From positions 12,462,001 to 12,526,000 of the forward strand of contig CM120640.1 of the NCBI GenBank assembly GCA_051362555.1: a DNA stretch of 64,000 bases. Direction: 5' to 3'. How positions within the stretch are numbered: the first letter of the stretch is position 1; every line of letters starts with the position of its first letter. Shown in pieces: positions 55,074-64,000 of the stretch. The translations under genes and the position numbers were made by a program. Origin of the DNA: Lingula anatina (taxonomy: Eukaryota; Animalia; Brachiopoda). The notes under the pieces were generated by a model that saw only the letters and a list, made by a program, of their open reading frames with translations, was not told the DNA's origin and ran no database searches.

Positions 55074-55475
55074 TTTCACATTAAATGCTTAAATGTAAAT
55101 GGTGCATGAGGGTTGAGGTACCAACATGGAACCTTCGAAAATCATGGCCCTATATTTCTTGCTGCTATTTTCTAATGATAGTTGATGTTGTTGACAGTAT
55201 ATTGCAGTATGTACCTGAAACAAAAATATATTTACATATTACAAGGTAAGACTTAGAAAAGACATATTACAAGATATCTACTGCTACATTTTGGCAGTGA
55301 GGAACTTAATGTGGTGGAGTGGGCAGCATACAAAGATTTAGTAACTTTTATCTACAGTTTTTTAAGCGTAACTTTGTAATGTAAATAGCTATCAGTGTAG
55401 ATGAACTTTTATCAGCCTGTAGAAAAATTTATATATGTGTTAAAAAAATTCCTCCATGTGGCAAGGTTTCCAAAT

Positions 55476-55503
55476 GACACTGGTGAGAAGATGAAAGAAA
55501 ACA
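55476..55503 (+). promoter_or_regulatory. Selector 3
   Basis: GACACTGGTGAGAAGATGAAAGAAAACA is 24/28 identical to the reverse complement of 53469-53496, about 250 nt before the ZF3 acceptor. Confidence 0.78.
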
Positions 55504-55749
55504 GTAAATTAATTTATACAAAATCTTTAAATGAAAAGAAAGTTGTATAGTTTGTGTGTATTAGTTAGCTATATAAAAAAACTGGAAAAGTAATTATCAT
55601 TTCTGAACCAGAAAAATTATTTAAATATATCAAAATGCTCTGGATAGCCAGTTTATAAAATTTGTATAATTATACTCAATGCGGAATCTCCATTATTTTG
55701 CTGGTAGCTTTCTAACACATGAAGACATATTTATTATTCCCTTAACAAG

Positions 55750-56307
55750 GGCAAACATACCCACCCAAAGTTGAGAAGCCCATGGCCTGGAGATTCGCCA
55801 GCACGCATGAGACTTCATGGGATGCACTTTTGTCTGGTGTGTGGAAAGGGGTTCCAAAGTGACATCTTGTTACAGCGTCACAAGAAGATACACAGTGCTG
55901 GAAAGGATTTTGTCTGCACCATCTGCAACAAGGCATTTGTGTACAAGCTATCACTGCAAAGACACACTGACGCCTGTCATAACAGTAACCCTGCGTACAC
56001 ATGCACCATATGCAAAGCTGTCAAATACAGCAAGTGCAACATGCGCCGTCACATTGAAGGAGTCCATAAAATGAAGGCTATCCAATGCCAAGGTTGTCAT
56101 GGCTATTTCACTGAAGATGGATTGAGGGATCATAAATGTAGTGGTGATAAAAATGATAGAAAAAGTTTAACAGGAAACTTGATGGCAGAGAGAGCTGATC
56201 ATTTGACAGGTGAAGGCTTAGTGACTCCAGACGTGATTCATGGCCCTATTATTGTAGACATATCACAGGCCCCTGTGAATGAAAATGTAGATTTACCAAG
56301 TCCTTAG
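55750..56307 (+). CDS. Alternative terminal exon ZF3 (3 C2H2 fingers plus 1 C2HC-like finger)
   Basis: TTCCCTTAACAAG acceptor in phase 0 (GKHTHPKLRSP...); fingers are paralogous to those of ZF1/2/4; own stop codon. Confidence 0.88.
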   Translation, partial: GKHTHPKLRSPWPGDSPARMRLHGMHFCLVCGKGFQSDILLQRHKKIHSAGKDFVCTICNKAFVYKLSLQRHTDACHNSNPAYTCTICKAVKYSKCNMRRHIEGVHKMKAIQCQGCHGYFTEDGLRDHKCSGDKNDRKSLTGNLMAERADHLTGEGLVTPDVIHGPIIVDISQAPVNENVDLPSP

Positions 56308-56723
56308 ACAGAAGAGTCACTTGCTCAACCAATTACTAGATTTGGAGGAATATTGGTAGGCCATAATATAACTGTTCTTTGGGCATTCTCACTTCCTGCC
56401 ATTTTGACAAGAAATAACCCTTTGTGACTAAACATGATAGCTATAAATACAAGTTTAATTAATAACATGCATAGGCCACTTGCCTTCGAATAACTAAATT
56501 TCATGTTAGGGGAGAAAAAATAATTACCTTGAGCTTCAGATTCTCACAATCTTGTCACATGAAAGAGAATTGGCCTGCTTGGAATTTAGACCAGCCCTTT
56601 TTCCTGTATGACAAGAATTTCAGAACAAGGGTTTGTAAAACTGCCTCCAACAATTGAAACCTTGAATTTTTCTAATTTTGTATGTTTTTCTGATAATAAT
56701 TGCAATTGGCAAAGTGATGCATT

Positions 56724-56750
56724 AACACTGGTGAGAATGAATGCAGAAAA
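56724..56750 (+). promoter_or_regulatory. Selector 4
   Basis: AACACTGGTGAGAAT is a 15/15 complement of the docking site, followed by GAATGCAGAAAA; about 125 nt before the ZF4 acceptor. Confidence 0.78.
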
Positions 56751-56873
56751 AAAATCAATTTTCTTTTAAAAGCATGTTTACTTCATATTTTATTACATTA
56801 AAAATAAAAAAGATAAATATTTGTGGAATGGAGCCTTTTTTCTTTCAATCAATTTTCTACATTATTTCATAAG

Positions 56874-57293
56874 GAAAAGAAGAAATTCGCCTTACAGAAA
56901 TATCCTACTGGCAAGAAAACCAGTTTTACCATGTCTTATCTTGGCATGCAATACTCGTGCAAATCCTGTGGAAAGATCTTCCAAAAGCACACTTCTCTGC
57001 TAGAACATATGAAAATACACAAAGGCAAACTACCCACTTGTGACATTTGTAACAAATCTTTTGTGTATAAACAGTCCTTGGAGAGACACATACAAGCATA
57101 CCACAAGAGCAATCCTGCCTATCTGTGCTCCATTTGTGGCACTCTGAAGTTCAGTAAAACTTCTAATCTACGGAGACACATTGAGGCTGTCCATAAGATA
57201 ACACCTATACGATGTGATATCTGTCATGGATACTATACTGAAAGTAGCAAGGTGGAACATGATCTGATACACCTGAAGTTGTTGCAACAGTGA
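56874..57293 (+). CDS. Alternative terminal exon ZF4 (4 C2H2 fingers)
   Basis: TTATTTCATAAG acceptor in phase 0 (EKKKFALQKYP...); four fingers; own stop codon. Confidence 0.88.
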   Translation, partial: EKKKFALQKYPTGKKTSFTMSYLGMQYSCKSCGKIFQKHTSLLEHMKIHKGKLPTCDICNKSFVYKQSLERHIQAYHKSNPAYLCSICGTLKFSKTSNLRRHIEAVHKITPIRCDICHGYYTESSKVEHDLIHLKLLQQ

Positions 57294-57756
57294 AAAAGTG
57301 GATTGCAATTATTGGATATATTAAATGTTGTTTGTTATGTAAATTATATTTATTTACTAGTTTCATCAATAAGGAATTTCATGTCATCCTCCGCCCCCTG
57401 TCCCTACCCAAACCTGTCATGGAGTTATGTTTGTGGGTCTGCTCATGTTAGAAAATTTATATTGTAGTTTTATGGCATCACCATATCTTACAGTTCTGCT
57501 TAGGCTTGGTTAATTCTTATATATTTTGTAGCAAAGAAACATAAATATAAAAGTTCACCAAAACACTTACATGGAATACTTGAAATAAAAGTAAATCTTG
57601 TGTAATATAATAAAAGCATGGACAACATGATACAAGCATGTACAGCAGCTGTTTCTGGTGTGCACAATACTGAACATGGGGAAACATCAGTCTTCGCATG
57701 CTATTTATGTAGAACAAAATTCCATAAGAATGATCAAATTTAAGTTTTATTGAAAT

Positions 57757-57784
57757 ACATTAGGTGAGAATGTGAAAGCAAATA
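57757..57784 (+). promoter_or_regulatory. Selector 5
   Basis: ACATTAGGTGAGAATGTGAAAGCAAATA pairs with the docking site using G:U wobbles, one bulge and one mismatch; about 480 nt before the ZF5a acceptor. Confidence 0.75.
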
Positions 57785-58265
57785 CCTCAATATTTTATCA
57801 TGTATTATGTAGATAGTAGGTTGGTAGATTTTTACACTCTATTTAGATTGTGTATACAGCTCTTACAATGATTATTATAGAAATAAAAATACAATATAAT
57901 CTGAAATTAGACATGTTTTGATTTGCAAACTAAATATCTTGTCACATTATTGGTCTCAAACAAATATTTTCCTTTTGTTTCACAGCTATTCATATATTAA
58001 CAGCTTAAAGCTTTTTACAGGCTCTCATTTTGTTTGATTAGTTTATTCTAAATAGACTTCAACAAAAGTATCCTCTATTTATGATAAATTGCTTATTTTG
58101 ACAGGCCTAAAATATGATTGTCTCTAACAGCTCCATCTGCCAGTTAATCTTTTATTAGAATTGAGGGAAGAAAAGGCATTACTTTCACACGGTAATGCTT
58201 TTTTGTCTGAAATATAATACGTTTGAGAGAAATTTGAAATTTATGTTGTGTAATATTTCCTAAAG

Positions 58266-58321
58266 GGACATCGAGGCCAGCCAACCCAGTTATGGCGTTC
58301 ACAGACTTCAGGCAATGGAAT
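58266..58321 (+). CDS. Alternative terminal module ZF5, exon a (56 nt)
   Basis: TTTCCTAAAG acceptor in phase 0; GHRGQPTQLWRSQTSGNG; GTAAGT donor in phase 2, exactly matching the phase of exon b. Confidence 0.72.
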
Positions 58322-58503
58322 GTAAGTACTCAAAATTGCATAAAGATGACAAAAACAGCTTTAGAAATTAGTTCATGACTTAAGCATTGGCAGTTTATTA
58401 CTTGTTTTAACTGACATTTGGTTAGCTTGATTAGCAGATTCTGTTGTTGTAAAAATCAAAATACAGTCTACAAAATGGTTTGAATTTGACTTGTCATGTT
58501 TAG

Positions 58504-59134
58504 GACCTCTGGGACCAGGAGATATATTGCTGAAAAACATGCATTGCCAAATGTCTCCAATGTTGCTGCTGTAAAGGAAAGCAGAGGATTGCCTTACAAA
58601 ATGGGTCAAAAACCTGTTACCGAGAATACTCTGTCAGGGGTCAATAGGAGTCAGTTTTTGTGCACCAAATGTGGTCAAAGTTACAAGACGGTGAAAGATC
58701 TACAGCAACACCAAGCGCAGTGCACACAGTTGTGGTCCCCGAGTTCAAAGAAAAATTTCAACTGCAATGTTTGTGGGAAACAATTTCCAGGAATGCAGAA
58801 CTTGAGACAACATCTTTTGAAGCATAAAACTCCCAAGTGTATTTGTCAGCTGTGTGGCAGGGCTTTCAAATGGAAAGGGTCACTTAAAAGACATATGCAC
58901 ACATGTCAAAGAGCACAAAAAGTGCCAGGATTTGTCCCAGTTATTAGAACATTTTCACTATCAGACCCTTCAAACACGACTGTTTCTGGATTGGAAACTT
59001 CAAATGTAACACTTTCAAGGCCCACACCTTTGGGATTACCAAGACCAGGGGTTAAAAGTTCAGATCTGACTGAAGAGAAGTCTGCCAACACTGCAGACCA
59101 CTCAGTCAATCCTAATCCTTGTTATTTAACATGA
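58504..59134 (+). CDS. Alternative terminal module ZF5, exon b (3 fingers: C2HC, C2H2, C2HC)
   Basis: GTTTAG acceptor in phase 2; FLCTKC..HQAQC, FNCNVC..HLLKH, CQLC..HMHTC; S/T-rich tail; stop codon. Confidence 0.85.
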
Positions 59135-60163
59135 ATTGACCCAACTTACCCTTACCAAATGGATATTGCAGAAAAAAATCTCGAAAGATTACTTTGTGGC
59201 TCTAAAATTGAGCCAATAGCCTTGAAGAATTTTTGAATTAATGTTTGTGAATAGAAACTAGTCCTTGTATTTGTTGTGGCATGGATGGGATGCCTCTCTG
59301 TATTGTAAAGATGAATTTCCATTTGTTTTCTCCAAATATTCTATCAACTCTCCAGTGATCATCCCATTTTATCTAAAATGTTAATTTATTTTTCTTATTA
59401 TTATAAGTTTAATTTCATCATACAATTTTACACATTTATACTAGCATGCATTTCTTAATGGCTTAAGTGATGTATATTATAGCTACAACAAAACAACACT
59501 AATGAAAGATATACAAAATAATTTTTATTGACATTTTGTAAACTTTGTATTCAGTTTACAGAATTTGCTCCAGCGTTTAAACTCCTTAATAAGAAGTTAT
59601 TATGTGAAATTATACAATACAACAAAAGTACATATCATTTGTTAAAGCTTGGATATTGCTGAATTTCATAAGCTTTTCAATCTAGAAAAATAAAACAAAA
59701 CACTTGATTTTGCCATTAAGAATTACATTTAGAAAAGCATCTCATTGTCAATTTATAGACAGTTTAAGTATACTCATAAAGATGGAGAAATGAATGTTTA
59801 GTATCATTGTTTCCAATTATGCTACCTTGCATACAATACCAGAAATGTCTGGAAACACTAGCCAATTTGTTCAACATCGACATTTTCCAAAATCATCACA
59901 GTGGCTGTGTGTAACACACAGATCCATTCTCTGTATATTCACAGCAGGGAGGCCAAACCATGTACTTCACATGTTCTAAGCATTCTTGACAATCAACTTC
60001 CTGGTTTTGGGAGCATTTCTATTGTGAATGATAGAAAAACCATAATATTTGTTGATTTTGCTTTAACCCTGGTAATACAATCACTATTGTTGTTTCCCAG
60101 TTCTCTGATCTCTGTTTACAATTTAAATAGTTTCATTTTCCATAGATATTATGAACAATAGAT

Positions 60164-60308
60164 TTAACATTGTAGTCTTTCTAGTTTTGCCTGGACCCCT
60201 TTGAATTCTGCAATAAGAGTCCTCACTGTGGTGTCTCCCCCAACAATGGACTGTAACTCAACCAGGTAGGCCGCCACATTGTCCAGGCAGGTGGTGGTGA
60301 AGGCACGC
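60164..60308 (-). CDS. NUP155: Nucleoporin Nup155, last exon
   Basis: RAFTTTCLDNVAAYLVELQSIVGGDTTVRTLIAEFKGVQAKLERLQC* matches the Nup155 C-terminus. Confidence 0.9.
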
Positions 60309-60630
60309 CTGAAGAAATAAAAATGAATAAAAACTACAACAGAATGTCTTATTATTCAACAAAGAACAAAACATACCTACCTTGAAAACTGCCCTTTTCA
60401 TCTAACTATGACTCAATGATTTTTGCTTGATCAGATTAAAATTCACCTCGTGTGCAATATTTTAGCCATGTTTGTGAATGTGGATGGAATCTGAAAATAT
60501 TACTACACGTGACTGAAAAATGTCACCTGAATGGACTGAAAGTTTGTATTTACAGAAATTTGTAGTCTATATTTTGTCTCAAGTGCAATGCACAGTCCAG
60601 GGTGGAGGAAAACATCCACGCTTCTCTTAC

Positions 60631-60737
60631 CTCTCATATGCTGGCACAGTGTTTGGTGCATCTGTATAGCTTTCCACCAGGCATCGTAGCACAGTCAACA
60701 GATGCAGTGGTTTCCTCATGGCCTGCCAGTAGGGGTC
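60631..60737 (-). CDS. NUP155: Nup155 exon
   Basis: DPYWQAMRKPLHLLTVLRCLVESYTDAPNTVPAYER; GT-AG boundaries with consistent phases. Confidence 0.9.
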
Positions 60738-61010
60738 CTTAAAAGGTCAATGAAATTAATTTCTGTATCAAAGCTCTATCTCTAGAGGAAGTCATATAAC
60801 AAGAAGAATTCCAGAAACTTAAAGGATTAGTATATATAAGATTTGATCATATGAAAAACATCATTTACCTCACAATAACACATGAAGTTTGTAAGATTTG
60901 AATGCATTTCATAAATCAAATGCTAACCTGGTAATATATATATATACATAATATCTCAATAACTGCAGCATTTTACAGAGTACAGTGTGGAAATCTGTTT
61001 TATATCTTAC

Positions 61011-61147
61011 TTTTGACTTGAAGAGTCGGTCATAAACCTCTTGCAGCTTTGGCATGGACACACCTATCTGCTGTAAGGTGGTAAACACCCACTTGGAGTC
61101 AAAGCTATACTCGCAGCTCTTCTTCTCCAAATATTTCACCAGGAAAG
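61011..61147 (-). CDS. NUP155: Nup155 exon
   Basis: FLVKYLEKKSCEYSFDSKWVFTTLQQIGVSMPKLQEVYDRLFKSK; canonical splice sites. Confidence 0.9.
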
Positions 61148-61342
61148 CTGTACAAAAAAACAATTACAGAAAAAGTTTACTGCCACTTTCAAAAGGAGGA
61201 TTCTTCAAAAATGTCTTAATTTTATTACACTGCTTCGTCAATTTAATTATTATTATTATTATTATTATTAAACCACAATCAAAATGTCAAAATAAACATT
61301 GTGGACATGAATATAGCAGCAATATGTTATAAACAGCCATAC

Positions 61343-61453
61343 CTAATGGAAAGTATCTTTCTGTTGCACCATACAACTTTCCAAGTATCACCAATTTCTT
61401 GCTTATAGTGGCCATGCGTGTCTGAGGCGCAGACGCCAGACTGTGTTCAAATT
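61343..61453 (-). CDS. NUP155: Nup155 exon
   Basis: ...ISKKLVILGKLYGATERYFPL; canonical splice sites. Confidence 0.88.
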
Positions 61454-61633
61454 CTGAAAAAAAAAAAAAAAGTATATGAATGTAGGTAACTCTAATACCA
61501 AATCAGGTTTCTTAATATTTTTCACTATCTCACAATTTCTCGATTAAAAAAGAAAATGGACTTGACATAACATTCAACACACCCACTTCAATTTAATTAA
61601 GGAGATACGTCCTGTCCTATTGTATAACTCTAC

Positions 61634-61754
61634 CTTTATCCACAATGTCCTGCCACAGGGACTCCACCAGTGTTGGGTCATAATGTCCAGCACAATGGAC
61701 AATGGCTAGCTTACACTCAGCCAGACCATATGGCTCTGCAAACTCTCCATAAAG
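61634..61754 (-). CDS. NUP155: Nup155 exon
   Basis: [40 protein letters not shown], a highly conserved Nup155 segment. Confidence 0.93.
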
Positions 61755-61951
61755 CTGGAATAGAAAACAACAGTATTGTTATTGGCTGGGGTTAAAAGGA
61801 ATTAAATATTTTTAATTTGTCAATGAAAAAAAAATGAATCACTACTTTTTGTAAATGGCATCAGACCAAGTTAGAAAAACCCCACTAAAGAAAACAGTAA
61901 CTGTATTGGGCTAGAAGTTATATGCTGCACATATCTGGAGACCATACTCAC

Positions 61952-62189
61952 TGTTGTAATGTCCATGAGTTCAGAGTTCAGCCTGGAGACGCTGTCCTCA
62001 GTGTGATGTGATGGCAACTTGGAAACCATCTCCAACACCTGCAGTTGTATCCTGGCCACCTCCATCTTCTCTTCAAGCTCATGCAAAAACTCGCCCTCAT
62101 TTGCAGAGCTGGTGCGCATGCTGGAGCTCTTAGCACACATGATTGCACGTGACAAGTATTCCAGTCTCTGTGGGAGAGGAATGTCCGTC
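61952..62189 (-). CDS. NUP155: Nup155 exon (gene continues beyond the window end)
   Basis: [15 protein letters not shown]...[19 protein letters not shown]...LNSELMDIT is diagnostic of Nup155. Confidence 0.93.
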
Positions 62190-62310
62190 CTGCAATATAA
62201 AAATGGTGGTTTACGTATAATGGATTTTGTTTTGGTTCTGCTGCTTCAATTTAGTCCAAGAAATTGGTGCAGAAAAAAGGGTGAATTGTGCGTTTTTTAT
62301 CTACAAGCAT

Positions 62311-62872
62311 GAAATTTGCCACAGTTGTAGATAATGAAATTCTAAGCTTTTTTGGATATATGGGCATGTCTGAATATTCCAGTATGTCCTCCAAATCCAA
62401 TATGGCCGCCACAAATACTCTTTTAAATTAAAACATCTAATATATAGTCCTAAAATGGTTTAAAATATCATTTTATAGCTGGAAAATATCATGCTATGAA
62501 TGAATTATCAATATCCGCTTCTACAGGTGTATAGAATTCCAAAATGGCCTCCAAAAGTAAAATAAGCAGTTTAATTACGCAAAATATGCAGCAGTTTTGT
62601 AAAATCATCAAGCACTTACAATTACAAGCATAAAAATTGGCACAGTTATGTAGAACATGATTCTAAGCAACGTTGGATATAGGGGCATGTCTGAAAATTC
62701 CAATATGGCAGCCAATTTCAATATTGCCCCCAAAATACCCTTTCAAGGTGAAAGTTATTTGTATAGTCTTTTATAAAAATATCATTTAATGGTTAGAAAA
62801 TACCATTGTATGTATGAAGTATCAGTATCTGCCACTTAAGGTTTTAAAATTCCAAAATGGCCTCCAAAAGTC
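62311..62872. repeat. Two degenerate ~250-bp copies spaced ~320 bp apart, probably transposon/satellite-derived, in a Nup155 intron
   Basis: Shared blocks TTCTAAGC..TTGGATATA.GGGCATGTCTGAA.ATTCCA, AAAATATCATTT and AATTCCAAAATGGCCTCCAAAAGT occur in both 62311-62560 and 62631-62872. Confidence 0.7.
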
Positions 62873-64000
62873 AGCAGACCACAACTATTGAATTGTAATC
62901 ACTCGTGAATAGGCATGTGGGCTTTGCAAACTACCTGTATAATCAGCATATTCCTACCTGTGCAGGAGCTATTCTACAGAGTTTTTAAAAAACCATCAAG
63001 CATGATACATTTATTATGTACTGAAAACAGTCCTTCTTTTGATAAACCAACATAAGTAGTTTGACTCTTTGCTCTGGATTCTCATTTAGATCAATTCCCA
63101 ATCTTCTTATATGGCACTCATGAGTGACTCCCCCTTTCTAAGAAAAAAAGTATCGTGCAAAATCCATAAAATATGAAAGAAACACCAGAATTACTTAGCC
63201 TTAAAGAGGCAAATATAAAAAACTTCGGGTGTACCAATTTTGTCTGTTGGTTATGATTCTTCAGCTAGATCAGTGCATGGCGCTTCATCAAATGCTCATA
63301 AATATAACAAAAATGACAGCTAATCAAACATACAGGTCTCACAATTTGGTGTTTTTCATTGGTAAAGTACTAAAAAGCGGGGCACATTTGCACTCGATAA
63401 TGTTATGATGTTATCGTGTGCTTCAAAAGTAAATTAGAAAAGCTTCTTATATAAAAAATTGGCTTTAGTACATTCGCAGTAATGGCTACCGAGAATTTAG
63501 TGGAAATTTATGAGCAAAGAAATACCTGTACCCCGTACCCCAAACAGAGGGCAGGTGTTGATACGTGTTGTATCCAAGAGTTGCATTGCAGGCTTCACAC
63601 TTCGTGCACTAAAAAAGAAGCACTGATAGGCGCCAAACTTTGGTTTTCATTTGATCATTTGGCAACTTGTTTAGTTACAAACCTATACTTTCAAAAAACT
63701 GAACATGAAAATAAAAGAATTAAAATCCTCCAGACTGTTAATACATACAAAACTTCAAAAAACGGTGTATTCTGAGCATTACACCAAGAAATTAGTGCAA
63801 TATGGACTTTGAAAGGTAAAAATTCATGAGATTTCCAGCATCATTGTCTCTGTGGGACAATCCAGAATGAAGCCATGAGGAGTATTCACTTACCCAGCTA
63901 ACAAAATCTACCAGGTAGCTCCTACCACATCTGTTTGTAGTTATGTGTGCAGTTGCTATGAGGGGAGTCAGAAGCATTGGAAGAATGGTCCTATAAGGGT

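Noticed and set aside
53471-57784. CRISPR-like array or transposon TIRs as the explanation of the GGTGAGAA motif
   Set aside because: Eukaryotic context, kb-scale irregular spacing, one inverted copy versus several direct copies each tied to an acceptor, and no target-site duplications seen.
53729-59134. Five independent single-exon zinc-finger genes, or consecutive exons of one long ZF protein
   Set aside because: Three of the five ORF-track starts are non-ATG, and another lies in the acceptor itself. Every module has a phase-0 acceptor and its own stop codon, which fits alternative terminal exons.
63792-64000. Possible next Nup155 exon (ORF with a GTAAGT donor)
   Set aside because: The only open frame does not resemble the Nup155 sequence expected upstream of the 62189 exon.

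Overview
AT-rich, intron-rich eukaryotic DNA from an invertebrate animal; the species cannot be determined from the sequence. Left to right: the last intron and terminal exon of a sideroflexin (SFXN5-like, +); a large CpG-retaining non-coding domain around a 3-exon Emx homeobox gene (+, 27348-35012); a divergent protein kinase gene (-, 43089-44637); a transcription-factor-like gene (+, ~50108-59134); and the last six exons of Nup155 (-, 60164-62189). The main discovery is the TF-like gene. Two shared coding exons end at a phase-0 donor (51297) and are followed by six alternative terminal modules: one putative winged-helix-like exon and five C2H2 zinc-finger modules. All six are in phase 0, and all five zinc-finger modules use unusual AAG acceptors. 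The introns contain what looks like a two-tier RNA-pairing switch. A 26-bp stem (51333-51358 with 52961-52987) would loop out the first terminal exon. A single 'docking site' (53471-53497) is complementary to 'selector' sequences lying upstream of zinc-finger modules 2-5. This resembles a lola/mod(mdg4)-type modular TF controlled by Dscam-like competing RNA structures. All gene models are inferred by eye and have no transcript support.
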